Of a stretch of 64,000 nucleotides of DNA, positions 15,030 through 29,158 are shown one piece after another. The DNA lies in assembly GCA_951406725.2 (NCBI GenBank), contig OX597826.1:44826001-44890000 (forward strand), in the 5' to 3' direction. Origin of the DNA: Octopus vulgaris. Lineage: Eukaryota. The first letter of the stretch is position 1; every line of letters begins with the position of its first letter. The position numbers and the translations under genes are program-made. Under the pieces are notes generated by a model. That model was not told the DNA's origin. It saw only the letters and a program-made list of their open reading frames with translations, and made no database searches.

Positions 15030-15310
15030 ACATCTTATTCTTTATAAGCTTAATATTTATTCTATCGGTCTCTTTTGCCGAACCGCTAGCTTACGGAGAC
15101 GTAAAGATACCAACACCGGTTGACAAGCCGATGGTTGGAACAAGAAAAAAAAACACTCAACTTATATATATACATACGACGGGCTTCTTTCAGTTTCCGT
15201 CTACCAAATCCACTTACAAGGCTTTGGTCAGCCCGAGGCTATAGTAGAAGACACTTGCTCAGTGGGACTGAACCTTGAACCATGTGGTTGGAAAGCAAGC
15301 TACTTCCCAC
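15030..15310 (-). mobile_element. SINE family B
   Basis: CGACGGGCTTCTTTCAGTTTCCGTCTACCAAATCCAC...AACCATGTGGTTGGAAAGCAAGCTAC. Confidence 0.8.
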
Positions 15311-15342
15311 AGTGCTATTTACCACACTACTTACCACTTCTG

Positions 15343-15395
<53 letters not shown>

Positions 15396-15484
15396 CAGTT
15401 GTCTGATAATACAGACATAGACTTGGCTAAATGCATCAATACATTAACATTGATATTTTTTCTACCGTTATTACAACCGTCTGA

Positions 15485-16589
15485 AATGTAACTATCAAAG
15501 CTCGATATTCGAGCATTATTACAATTCAACTTCAAAAAATGACGTAAAGCAGCTGAAACTGCTCACGATGTCAATGAAACATTTGGTGAGTAAATCACCA
15601 GTGACTTGTCAGCTCGAAAATGATTCAAAAGACTTCGCAGTGGAGATCTGAGACTTGAAGATCGTTAGCATAGCGGACTCTGTCATCGATGACGGTTAAT
15701 TAAAAGACTGTCATTGAGAAAGATTCACGTAAAACTACTCGAGAACTGACAAAAGATCTTCAAGTTAGCCAAACAAAAAAGAAACTGCCCGAAACCATTT
15801 GCATGCGATCTGAAAATCAAAAAAGCTCGACAAATGGATGCCATACGATTTGAATAAAAATTCAAAAATGCACAGATGTGCAATTTGCTCGTCGCTTCTT
15901 CTCCGTCACCAGACCGGTCTATTTGTCGGCTGTATTGTAACTTATGATGAAAAGTGAATTCTGTATAATAATACAAAACGTTCTACGCAGTGGTTGGACC
16001 AACATGAAGCACCGAAAACCTTCCCTAAACCCGTCTTTAGAAAGAAGGTTATGCTGACTATTCGGTGGTGTACTGTTGGACTCATCCACTGTAACTTCTT
16101 AAAACCCGGACAAACCAATTCTGCAGAAACATATTGCCATGAAATTGCCAAAATGGACGAAAAACTGCGACACTCCGTCCTAGGCTGGTCAACAGAAGTG
16201 AGCCAGTCATTCTTTATGACAGTGCTCGACCACACGTTTCCCTAACGACACTGTAGAAGTTGAAGGAACTTGGCTATGAAGTTCTTCACCACTCAGCTCA
16301 TTCCACAGACCTTTCTCCTACCGACAACCACTTTTTCAAGTACCTTGATGGATTCCTGCGAGAGAAGGGGCTCAAAAAGCAAAGCGCATTCAAAGTGCGT
16401 TCAAAGTGTTCATCAGTTCCAGAACCCCAGATTATTATGCTACCGGAATAAACAAACTTGTAACTCATTGGCAAAAATGTGATGATTGTAATGGTACTTA
16501 CTTTGACGAATAAAATTTCCGCATTGTTGAAATATATTATGACGAAATTCATGTTTCAAAACGTTTCTTACTTTTTAGTCAGCCTGACA
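15485..16589 (+). mobile_element. Mariner (D,D34D) transposon fossil with disrupted transposase and 3' TIR
   Basis: LSKLDIRALLQFNF..KAAETAHDVNETFGE; IVTYDEK*ILYNN; KKVMLTIRW; ELGYEVLHHSAHSTDLSPTDNHFF; stop at 16513; TIR-like ...TTTTTAGTCAGCCTGACA-TA. Confidence 0.9.
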
Positions 16590-16600
16590 TACATACATAT

Positions 16601-16673
<73 letters not shown>

Positions 16674-16692
16674 TATATATATGTATATATAT

Positions 16693-16992
16693 GGAGGCGC
16701 AATGGCCCAGTGGTTAGGGCAGCGGACTCGCGGTCGTAGGATCGCGGTTTCGATTCCCAGACCGGGCGTTGTGAGTGTTCATTGAGCGAAAACATCTATA
16801 GCTTCACGAGGCTCCGGCAGGGGATGGTGGCGATCCCTGCTGTACTCTTTCGCCGCAACTTTCTCTCACTCTTTCTTCTGTTGGCCTGCTCGCTTAGCCA
16901 GCGGGGTGGCGTCATTTGAAGGCTAAAACAATGCGAAGCGCATTGTGAACAGCGATGTTTAGCAACATCTGATAGTCTGGTCGGTCACGTGT

Positions 16993-16999
<7 letters not shown>
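16693..16999 (+). mobile_element. tRNA-derived SINE family A (tail type 1)
   Basis: GGAGGCGCAATGGCCCAGTGGTTAGGGCAGCGGACTCGCGGTCGTAGGATCGCGGTTTCGATTCCC (A/B boxes), followed by a non-tRNA body. Confidence 0.85.
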
Positions 17000-17025
<26 letters not shown>

Positions 17026-18117
17026 CATGCATGCATACATACATACATACATACATACATACATACATACATACATACATACATACATACATACATACAT
17101 ACTGTGTTTACCCGAGTCTGTTTGGTGTGTTAGTTTCCTGTCACTGTTGATCACAGGTTCCTTAACAAGGCGTCTTAGCATTTAATGTATTTTCTTTTGT
17201 AAATATTCGTAGCATTTAAGGATTTTCTTACAAAGGTCTTCACATAAAAATATATTTCTAAGAATATGTAAATCATAATACAACACTGAAATTACGATAT
17301 TGGTGATATTTGGTTGTAATATGAATCAGATTTTACTTTTCACAGCCATCTTTCAGATACAAATTTTCCGATATTCTCCTAACAGAATTGTCGAACAGAT
17401 TGTCAAAGTCACATTCAAGTTCACTATTGAAATAAGTCGTCGAGACAGAAGTATTGTCAGACAGAATAGTTTCTATATTTCGTAAGACAATAGAAATCAA
17501 TATAAAAGATTGGGACAGCATCTAGACAAACAGTACGATCGCAATGGCTCTCATATGCGTACTATACGATGCCTAGAATATACACGCAATTCACACAAGA
17601 CTAGCATTGTGCCAAACGTGTTAATGAGATGATTCTTGCAAATCGATAGAATGTTTGAATTCATTAAATTGTAAATACAACCCAATAAAACAAAAAAAGG
17701 AAAAGAACTACTACTAAAAACAATAGCAATGATACATTCATTTATGTTGTTGTTCTCCTCAACAAAACAAAATTGACAAATTAGCTAAAACATAGAAGAA
17801 ACGTTAATGATGAAATGAAAACAAATAAAAATAATATTTTTTTTTTTTTTCAATTTAAATAAAAGTTAATTTCATAAAAATAAAAATCTGAAAACCGTAC
17901 AAAGAATTTCAAAACAATTCATTTATTATTATTGTTGTTGTTATTGTTGATGTTCATGTTATGGTGGTGGTGGTGGTGGTGGCGGTGGTTTTTTTTTTTT
18001 GTCGTTTCAGAATTCAGAATCAACATTTCATAAATTTGTTCTCGAAGCGGAATTCAACGACATTTTCTATTTTCTTTATAAAATTAGGAGACAATAAGAA
18101 AGAAGGCAATGGGGATC

Positions 18118-18192
18118 GCATCATCGTCATCGTCTTCATCATCATCATCATCACCATCATCATCAGCAGCCGTGGCAGCAACGTCGTCGTCG

Positions 18193-18223
<31 letters not shown>

Positions 18224-19060
18224 TGTCATTGTCGTTATCATTGTGATCACATTGTCAAATTCACCATCGCTTTGTCACCAGCACCATATCCAGCCCAACA
18301 CTACCACTAGTACCACCTTTATCATCATCATCATCATCATCATCATTATAATCGCAGTCCCCACAGACGACGTCATTGTGGTTGCCATCATCATCATCAT
18401 CATTATCGTTGTCTTCATTATCTGTTCTCTCTGTTGTCATTATTGTCCGTCCTTGTCAACATCATCATCATCATCAGCAGCAGCAGCAGCGGCGCTGTGG
18501 AGTCGGCGACAGCAGCAGCAGTAGCAGCAAACGCAGCTATTGCTGCAGCAGCAGCAAACGCAGCTATTGCTGCAGCAGCAGCACCGTCATCATCGTTGTC
18601 TTCATCCTCGTCTCCGTCTTCATCATCATCGTCATCATCATCGTCGTCATCATCATCATCGTCTTCGTCATTATCATCATCATCATCATCATCATAGCCG
18701 CCCCCACCACCACCACCATCATCATCATCATTGTCTTCTTACACTTCTTCCTCCTCCCCTTCCTCCGCTTCCTCCTCCTCTCCCTCCTCCTCTTCTTCCT
18801 CCTCATCATCGTCATCGCCGTTTTCGTCGTCATAGTCGTCACCATTATCATAATTGCAATTACCATTATCATCATCGTCTTCCTATTCCTCCTCCTCCTC
18901 CTCCTCCTTTTCGTCCTCATCATCATTATCATTATCATCATCGTCGTTGTTGTCGTCATCATTATCGTTATTGTCTTGTCAATATCATCATCAACATCAT
19001 CATCATCATCATCATCAACATCACCATCATCATCATCATCATCATCATCATCGCTAGCAG
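18118..19060. repeat. Long degenerate trinucleotide tract (ATC/GTC/CTC/CAG)
   Basis: Directly visible; poly-I/S/H ORFs in several frames. Confidence 0.9.
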
Positions 19061-19482
19061 TGAGGGCAACAGCAGCAATCGTCGTAGACCCCACCCCACC
19101 CTACTTTATATCAATGCGTTAACTATAAGAATATCCACATCGATTACGTAAACTAACAATAATATTAGAGGCAGCAACTTCAACATCACCACCACACATT
19201 TACTTTTATCGATAATTTTCTTTAACAGATGATTCAGATATGAGTTTGATCTGGAATTATAATTTTATTATCAAAATCATGATGAAGGATCCTGAAATAG
19301 AGTGTTGAAGTCAATATACAGAATTTAACGATTATGAGAAAACAGCGGGAAGGCACTCCACCGGATGAATCACAAAGGCGGTAGATAAAACTGCATGGTA
19401 CAAAGAGGAAATATTCTATATATATATATGTGTGCGTGTGTGTGTAGTGTGTGTGTGTATTGTATGTATTATGCTTGTATGT

Positions 19483-19648
19483 ATTCCAAAAAGGAAATTA
19501 TCAATTTTGATAGTGCCACTCAAAGAGGGCTTGCTCGGTGGCTTTTCCCCCAAGTAAAATCTATACTTACCAAGTTTTGGTGGGAAAAACCAACGAGCAA
19601 GCTTCTTTTGAGTGGCACCATTAAAAATAATAATTTCCTTATTGGAAT
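19483..19648. repeat. Imperfect fold-back (~70-bp arms)
   Basis: ATTCCAAAAAGGAAATTAT...GTGCCACTCAAAGAGGGCTTGCTCG vs CGAGCAAGCTTCTTTTGAGTGGCAC...ATAATTTCCTTATTGGAAT. Confidence 0.85.
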
Positions 19649-19712
19649 GTATATAGAACATATTAAGTATCTTCTGAAAAACAGATTCTAGTTTGGAAGA
19701 CAAACTTTGATT

Positions 19713-19809
<97 letters not shown>

Positions 19810-19814
19810 ATGCG

Positions 19815-19845
<31 letters not shown>

Positions 19846-19908
19846 ACCGTTAGCTCCTACACACATTTTTTTCTCTCCTTGTTTCTCTCCTTGTTTCTTT
19901 TCTGTGTA

Positions 19909-19946
19909 TCTTTCTGTCGAAGAGAGTAGGTTCGAAACGTAAAAGA
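19909..19946 (+). ncRNA. Minimal hammerhead-like motif with non-canonical core
   Basis: TCTTT-CTGTCGA-A-GAGAGTAGGTTC-GAAAC-GTA-AAAGA; stem I TCTTT/AAAGA, palindrome ACGT; A6 replaced by U. Confidence 0.45.
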
Positions 19947-20042
19947 CTTGTTCTATTTCTATTCCTGAGGGCCATACTAATACATTTGTTTGTTTGTACT
20001 CCACCTGCCTTTGTCTTTTGATTATTTTCGTAAACCTTCCCG

Positions 20043-20098
<56 letters not shown>

Positions 20099-20811
20099 CA
20101 AACTAAACAACAGGATAAATACATAGAATTAAATTAAATATTTCCCATGTATTATCATCATTGGTTTTACATGAGTCTTATCCCTTTTATTGGTAACAAA
20201 CATCTTGATTTAAAATTTTCCTTTACCAAATCTCTTTACATTACTTCAAATTAACCTTGATAGTTTTATGACTATACCCACTATGATTTCTGTCGACTCT
20301 TTCAACCCCTTTCGTAACAGACACTGCTCCTTGTTCATTGGCCTTAGATTTTGATATACAGAGATTTGATAAACAAGACTATAAAAATACAGTGACAAGC
20401 TAGATCTCTAACAATTCTTTTTTCCTGATACCTTAGTAGCTTCTAAGCTGAAGTGAAGACAGCATGATCTTTGTCAATCTCATTACCTTCTAGCAGGTTT
20501 TAGGTAAAATTATACTAATGTGTCCATCTGTTTTAATTTAATATAATTCCATGCATTTATGTAGCTGAGGATTGCCTTGCATTTAAATTGATGTAATGGT
20601 TGCATTGTTCAATTAAATGGAGTCGCTTGAAACAATGGTACTGTATTACCTCTGGATATCCTGTTGCTTATTTTGATTTTAATCACCTTACTTTGAAACT
20701 GTATGGATAATACCGTACTAAATTCTGGTGCCTGAACTTGAGTACCTAATTCATCTGAATTTATATATATATTTGTATGTATATATACATACATATGTAT
20801 ATGTGTATATA

Positions 20812-20950
20812 TGTTTCTTTATTACCCAAAAGGGGCTAAACATAGAGGGGACAAACAAACGAATTAAGTCGAGAACATCGACCCCAGTGCGTAACTGGCA
20901 CTTAATTTATCGACCCCGAAAGGATGAAAGGCAAATTCGACCTCGGCGGT
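20812..20950 (-). mobile_element. SINE family C, 5'-truncated
   Basis: Matches the 51561-51710 part of the full copy. Confidence 0.8.
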
Positions 20951-20964
20951 GTATATATATATGA

Positions 20965-21013
<49 letters not shown>

Positions 21014-21023
21014 TGTATGTATG

Positions 21024-21067
<44 letters not shown>

Positions 21068-21071
<4 letters not shown>

Positions 21072-21405
21072 CGAAGGCGTGGCACTGTGGTAAGAAGCTT
21101 GCTTCCCAACTACATTCCGGGTTCAGTCCAACTGAGCAACTCCATAGGCTAGTGTGTTCGTCTATAACCTCAAGACGACCGGAGCAGATATAAATGTGTG
21201 TGTGTTTATTCCCTAACACTGCTTAACAACTAGTGTTGGTGCGTTTACGTCCAGTAACATAGCGGCTCAGCAAAAGAAACTGATAGAATAAGTACCAGGC
21301 TTAAAAAGAAAATAATTAGTGGTGTCGATTTGTTCGACTAATATCCATCAGGGCAGTGCCCCAGTATGGCCACAATCTAACGACTTAAACAGTTCAAGTA
21401 TAAAG
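21068..21405 (+). mobile_element. SINE family B
   Basis: GGCGTGGCACTGTGGTAAGAAGCTTGCTTCCCAAC...GGGTTCAGTCC...GGCAGTGCCCCAGTATGGCCAC. Confidence 0.75.
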
Positions 21406-22046
21406 GACACAGAGAAAGAGAGAGAGAGAGAGAGAGGGGGGGGGGGGAGATCAAAACAGGGGTAGGTTTGGTTATGCTGTTAATAAGTTCGTTGTGTAAT
21501 CACGTGGGCCCAAACCCCGGGGTAATGTCTTCTACCATAACTTTAGTCCGACTAATTCCTTATCAGTGAATTTGATACAGAGAAACTGTATGGAGGTCCG
21601 TTGCTCATTCGTGTATGCGTGTCCGTGTATGCGTGTGCGTGTGTATGTGTGCGTGGTGTGTGTTACTGCATGTGTACGAGTGTTTGTATGAGTGCGTGTA
21701 TGTGTGTGTGCTTCTTGTGGTGCAGATGTCTCGTCACATGACGAGATTGCCTTGATAAGTATACGCATTGTCACGTAAACACATGCATATGTAGCCAGGC
21801 TTGTATGTATTCATGGCTACACATGTATGTGTTGACTTTAAAATGCGTATAATTATCAACATAACCTTTCTCTTATTCGTTTACTTTTCGTCATTTACTT
21901 ACGAGACCCATTAACTGTGTACACTAAAGATAAACTGTCATTTGAAATCACGAAGCCGAAAGGCAACCACTCACAGGCAAATAATGATATACTGTATAAT
22001 CGGACCAGGCGATAAAGACTTTATTTAACGAGATAACTTTTGAAAA

Positions 22047-22152
22047 GACACCTGACGAGACACATCAACACCGAATGATGTACCATAACCTGTTGTATAC
22101 TATTTCAGCTACGATCGATCAATGTGAGATGGGTCGAAACGATCGTCGTTAA
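22047..22152 (+). ncRNA. Type I hammerhead with large loop II insertion
   Basis: CTGACGA-GACACATC-[61 nt]-GATGGGTC-GAAAC-GATC-GTC; palindromic stem III ACGATCGT; stem I only about 2 bp. Confidence 0.6.
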
Positions 22153-22198
22153 TTCCATTTTCTTTTTCGTTCATTTGTCCTATATATTTATCTTTCTA

Positions 22199-22234
<36 letters not shown>

Positions 22235-22455
22235 TAGATAGATAGATAGATAGATAGATACATACATACATAGATAGATAAAACTTACTTGGAAGAGGAT
22301 GCGTGGAGTTCAATCGTATAATATATGTTTTCCATTCGTGTCTTTCGTTGTTCGAAAAAATAGTTCATGTTCCATGTAATCTCGTGACGCCCTGTGTCCA
22401 CATATACGTATAGCTGTATGTACATATACGTATGTATATATGCATATTTATGTAT

Positions 22456-22496
<41 letters not shown>

Positions 22497-22766
22497 GTAT
22501 TTAAAAATAGAAAATTACACTTTAACAGGTAATTTTTACATGCTAGAAATAGCAGCCAACACGGCCAAAACCACAATTTTATAGCAAATTTGGAAGTAAA
22601 TGAAAAATAAAAATCTTTACCTTGTTATATAACGGTTATACCATGGTTTCGAATTTCTTTAGGAAATAATATCGCTTGCCATCTTTTAATAGATAATTTA
22701 GCAAGACTGACTTTTTATACATGCTAGGCCACTGGTGGTGATATTTATAACGAATATTCGCCACCC

Positions 22767-22838
<72 letters not shown>

Positions 22839-23705
22839 GTTAAAAATAATGGTCATTAATTATATAATTCCTTTACTACAGCAACTTTTCTCTAATTCTG
22901 AAACGTTTGGGTTCATATTAATAACGGTACACATCAGAATTAAAAGTCTTCGAACAGATCATTCCTCTACAGCATCATCACTATAAACTTTACAAAGGTC
23001 TTTGCAAGTCCTCGCAACATTTTCTCCTTTTTTTTTAAAAAAAAAGGAAAAGCATTACAACGCGAATAAAAATTATTTATATTCCGGCAACCTAATATAC
23101 ATACATATATGTAAATATACAAAGAAGAGATGCACTACTACTTCAAGCAACGCCAAAATTTTATCTGGTACGTTTCAGGTGTGTTCAATGAAGCGTTAAA
23201 ATATTTAGATTAAAAACGCACAGAACTTTCCGGATAACCTAATGTATATACAATTAGATAAATTAAAATACTAATTATAAATTTATTTTTAAGATCAACA
23301 TGCATGTTTAACAATATATATCTTTATATTCACGTGTACATTGAGGATTCAACACCCTGAGAGGTGAATCATGAACACTTACATCATGATCCGATATAAA
23401 GGATTAAATGGATTAGTTTTCTCTATTTTACATCTCTATGTGAATATACAGTTGTATTATATATCAAATATGCATATCGATGCTACATGTACGTATATAT
23501 ATTGGGATGTTAAGATTTATAATGCTACATGGAGAAGGTTACGAACCGGCTGTAATTATATGGACATCATATGGAAATAACGAATGTACATTCAACTCTC
23601 ATACCTTCCAATAGGCATAAATATGTATGCTTTAAGATATTCCAATGAAGTATTATTTCACGGTCTCTCGAATATTTACAAAATTCTTATGACGTCAATA
23701 GATTA

Positions 23706-23788
<83 letters not shown>

Positions 23789-26700
23789 ACTATACTATAC
23801 TATAATATACTATACTACACATCACAAACACACACACAAACATATATATATATATGTATATACGCATGTCATTGTGTGTGTCTGTGTGTGTGTGGTGGTG
23901 GTGGTGGTGGTGGTGGTGTGTGTGTGTGTGTGTGTGTTTGTGTGCAACATTCCAATAAAATGGAAAACAAGCTGTCAGACAATTCATTAGGTTGGTAGAA
24001 AGAATCACGTGTGGACAAACTGGATAACTCATTAGTCTTTTGGCCAAAATGTCTCAATTTTGAAACTCGTTACCAAAATTTCACTGTGGTCTCTGTGGAA
24101 TATATTCAACTTGCAGTTTCGAAGTTCGTTGAGTTATAAATTAGTTAAATAATAATACAGAGTTTCGCGAGGTAGTGAGATGGGTTATCGTCTTTTGCAT
24201 GAAAATAAATGCGCCAAAGAAGAAAGAAGAGATGTAGATGGAAGTGGAGGAGGAGGAGGAGGAAAGGAAGGAGAAAGAGGAGTGATCATCATGCTTGCCT
24301 GTACTCCCGGATGCATAAGTTTAACGTGTATCTACAGATTGACATCATCAGAAACCATTGGCCGGGAGAGACATTTTGGAGTTTGTGCTTCTCGAGTGGA
24401 GGCTAGAGAAGCAGTTTAAATTGCATGATGTGAAAAGCAGTAAATCTGGGAAATAACACACAACAAATTATGACCTGGAAGAAGTCATATAGACCCAATA
24501 AAGGTGATCTGAGAGTTATTAGTTCAGACAAGCAGCGGCGGATATAGTACAGGTATAAGGAGAGAGTACTGTGCCAGTGTGACATAACGATTAGTAAATT
24601 GCAGGAGTGGTATGTGTATCGGGGGGAATGCTATTCCTCTGATTGGCAATTCACGGACATACTTCAACTGCATCTGAGCTACTATTCTCACAGATCTGCG
24701 CTTGAAGTATGTTGGATATCGCAAATTGATATAAATTATTGTTGCTGTTGCTGTTTGTTTTTTTTTATTTTTTTATGTTGTTTAAAGCCCGATCAGCCCT
24801 GATTGTGTAGCCCCATGGAATGTATGTAGTTGGAGTGATCGTTACCCAAGAATGTATTCCCTTTTTTCAACCATCGATCGGCCATTGTTCTAGACATAAC
24901 TATCACATAGGAATATATTATCCAACCTGTCCTCTCTATTTCTCTCTGTCTTCCATATTTGTTAATGGTCAAATATGTGTGCGAATAATTCTGTTGCTAT
25001 TTGTTTCCGGTTAATCGACTATGGAAGCGTTCTCATGTTGCTACTTCTATTCTACACAATCGTAACATCCCGATATACTGGCAGATATCATCTCCGTTCT
25101 TCACATAACTGCACTTGCTTTTACATTAAAATGCTTCTAGTCCGTTAAAATTCATACGCTACAAATCTCTTTCCATAAGTGAAACCGGCCGTCGTCTGCA
25201 CGATTGCTCCCAGAAGCACGTTCTCGACATTCGCAACACTAGCAACAACACCTAAACACGCTTCAAACCTGTAGGTAAACTTTTTAAACAGCATGCCGCT
25301 TCTTAATCCACTTCTCAGTTCGTGACGTCTCTTTATATCATGGCATATTCGCAGAGAAACGCACTATATCTTTATACTAGAATCTTCCTTTCCAGTAGGG
25401 ATACATCACACTTCTTATTTCTCTAAACTGGCATCCATTCAATAAATTTAACATTTGGCAACACCTATACTGTTTCTCCTTTCTCTTTACCAACAACCTC
25501 AGAGAAAAAACACCTCATCTTTACAATCTTCCACGTGAACAAGCATTAATCAACACTTTTCATTCTCAGTTGACAACCATTTTATAATTTGACGTTTGGT
25601 GTCCTCAATTATATTTTTCTTCTTTCTCTTGATTTTAACACCCTCTTTTCATCGCTATTTGGATGTTTCAGCTTCCTTTCATACGATACAAGATTGCCAG
25701 TGTTCTTGATTATTCGATAGTTGTATGAATTCATGTCTTTTACAACGACTAAACTAAAGAGCTCATGTTGATAACGAAGCCTGTGTCTCTACATTGTTTA
25801 CCTACTTCATTAACATTAGAAATTCTTTACTGGTGATGTTATAATTACTTTGATTACCAACATGTTAACATTGTAACTTCTATTGTAACCATCTTCTACT
25901 TTTTCAAAGTATTAATATGTATATGGGATTGGATAGAGAGTAACAGACGGAGTTTTTACTTATCACCTTTTCTCTAATCAAATATTTTCCTTTGAAATAT
26001 TTTTCTTAGGTTAAAGACTTTCGAAGAATCTTTAAACCAAATAATCAGGTAGAAATATTTCAAAAGAAACATTACTTTGAATATCGTCAAACTAATATTC
26101 GCAATATATTAGAGAAATTTCATTTTCGTATATCATTTGATTACAGATCAGAGAATCATAATATCAGATGCGTGATACAGAGTAACTATTTATATTTTTC
26201 ATTTGATTCGATCCAAGGTATCAATAGTTTATATGATGGAGGTCAAACAGACGTTATTGAATATTCAAGAAATTTTCTCTCACATCAGAAATCTCCAACG
26301 CGTTTCTAATATTTAGGACAATATAGCTGGGACACTTTCTAAAGGCCTTTTGCCACTATTTCAGAGCTAACACAATGTTTCTTTTATAAAATTCCACTTT
26401 CATATCTATTTGGATATAAAACTAATATGTGTGTATATATACATTAGGTTGGAAGGAAGGTTGTGTCGTATTTTAGGTGTGATAGCTTTGAGGAGACCTT
26501 TTCAATACTTACGGTAAAATAAGCATTAATGTTTGCATTCGTATTACAGTTCTTTGAAGATTACTTCCTACCATAGTGATATACAGCAATGTATCGATGC
26601 GTTCAACACTGTGTTGGCCAGAATCATGCCAACACCGGTGTTTGATGATCTACCAATGGAGATGTGTGTTCAAACCACACAAAATCTCTTATGAGAAATT

Positions 26701-27378
26701 TCTCTGAGACAAAATATTACAGCTAATAGCATTCTACTAATGTATATACATTATAGATTCATTTTTAAAAGTTATTTTTAAGTCTATTCTATGAAAATTA
26801 GAGACATCACTTTGTTACCAAATTTCGTATACGAATGAGTTTGTATAAACGATATGACCGAAGGTAGAAAAAAATTGATAGGTATATATATGCGCATTTC
26901 ATGAGTTATTGCTCCTTCTTTAGAACGATATCCAACAAATTAACCATCCACGAAAACATTGCCTTAATAACTACCAATGATATATTGCTGCATCCAGTTA
27001 TATTACACCGCTATCTTTCGTGGCGATTTAAGTGAGGTGTTCGTGGATGATAAATAGGTAAGACGTGGTACTGAAGGAGGGGCAAGAACTCCTGAGATAT
27101 ACATACACAGCCATCATCTCTTTTTCCTTCTTCGATCGCAACGTTTACAAAGACGTATTCGTATGTGAAACATCGTCACAAATCAGTGCTGGCTCCAATT
27201 TATATAGAATATTTATAGAGGTAACTTTAAAAATTGAATTAACAGCACCGGTGATGCAAGTGAGACGCAGTAATGACATATATATATACTTGGTAAAATA
27301 TCTGTTTTTTTATAATGAAATATGGTGTCGCTACCAGCAAATGTTTGTATGTGTGTATATATATGTGTGTGTATCTGT

Positions 27379-27415
<37 letters not shown>

Positions 27416-27508
27416 CTACATACATATAATTATACATACTTATATATATATACATATGCATACATACATAGATACATACATACATACATATATATATATA
27501 TATGTATG

Positions 27509-27594
<86 letters not shown>

Positions 27595-27609
27595 TGTGTG
27601 TATATATGC

Positions 27610-28750
27610 AGGCATGACAGGGGAAAATAGTCATCCCATAAAACATCGTTTTATGTTTATTCTAACTTGTAACGTTATATATTTTTTATTAATTGGTATT
27701 TTTATGTCTAGTTCTATATGAGACTGTTTAATCATGCCATGTAAAAAAGAAGCCTTGGAACTGTCTGAATTTCAAAGAGGCTGTATAATGGGTCATTCTG
27801 AAGGTGGACATGGTCAGTTAATAGAGTGGTTGTGCAATTCACCAGGGAGGGGAAGGAGACCACATGTCCTCGCCCAGGTCAACCATGGCCCTCTGATAGG
27901 AGCCTTCTCTTTACTAAGAGAAGTGGAGAGTATAATCCTCGTTGTAAGGTTTCTAACATAACAGAACAAGTTGATGTCAGTCCCAGAGCAGCTGTCAGAT
28001 ATGTCCTCAAACTTGGTTACTATGGCAGAGCAGCAAGAAGGAAGCCACTTCTTCGACCAGCCAACATCAAGCGGATAAAATATTGGGCCAGTGAGATGGT
28101 GGAGAGGCCACTATCATTTTTGGACACTGTCATATTCTCCGATGAGACCGGATTTGCTGTATTTCCTGACAGTGGTTGACTGTGAGTTTGGAGACTCTGT
28201 GATAAAGAATTTGATGTCAAAAGATTGCAGCCAACAATGAAACACGGCAGCTTCTCTGTGATGGTCTGGGGAGCAATTTGAAGCAATGCTTGATCAGATT
28301 TGGTGGAGCATGAGGGAAACAAACTCAGATAAATGTGTGTCCATATTGTAAAAAGGACTCCCTCCAATATTCTGTAGTGGTGAAATGATTAAAGACTCCT
28401 TGTCACATGGTTAAAATTACATAACATTTGTTGGATAAGAATAGTATTAAAAAGTTTCCATGGTAAAGCTAGTTACCAGATATGAACCCTATTGAACGCA
28501 CCTAGGACATAATGGACAGGACACTTCATAAAAGAACAAGAAAGCATCTTCAAAGCCAAATCTTTTGAGATTACTGCATGAAACTTGGCAAAAAATTCCG
28601 CAAGAGAATATTCGTCATTTGATCAGTAACAAGCCAAATAATGTCCTTCCATTGAAAAATGCAAAGGGCATGTCTACTAAATATTACATATTCACATTAT
28701 AACAATTAATAAATAATTTGAATGTGTCTGTTTACTTTTATCTTCCGTGT
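27610..28750 (+). mobile_element. Tc1-like transposon fossil
   Basis: ELSEFQRGCIMG; GRAARRKPLL; VIFSDETGF; [16 protein letters not shown]; PDMNPIE; AKGMSTKY; many stops and frameshifts; ends approximate. Confidence 0.85.
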
Positions 28751-28753
28751 GTT

Positions 28754-28813
<60 letters not shown>

Positions 28814-28816
<3 letters not shown>

Positions 28817-29158
28817 AAAGTATAGAAGCCATCTTAACATGGTTAACCACATAGGGGAGGGTGTGTTACTGTAGCTTTATAACCCCAGGAGATCGTCGTC
28901 TCCAGCTGACAAGGGACAAAAATCCCGAAACTAGTCCGAGCGTATCACTCAGGCTTGCGAGTAAGGGATGGCCTCCCTTTGCAAATACTTCAAGGGCACT
29001 GAAATGGTGTCTAAAGCCAGCTGGAGACGACGATCTCCTGGGGCTACAAAGCTACAGTAACACCCCCTCCCCTATGTGGTTAGCCATGTTAAGATGGCTT
29101 CTATACTTTACATTATCGAGCGATTACTGTTTCAATATCATTCTGAGATTTAATAATG

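Noticed and set aside
16693-16765. tRNA gene (also at 48918 and 49527)
   Set aside because: No proper acceptor stem or terminator; these are SINE heads continuing into bodies, two with TSDs.
24780-25700. Possible decayed RTE LINE or host exon (likewise 20130-20760, 29770-30480 and 52200-52900)
   Set aside because: No motif or splice structure I can identify reliably by eye; needs BLASTX/RepeatMasker.
26443-26830. Possible mariner-derived MITE
   Set aside because: The putative TIRs are too diverged to support.
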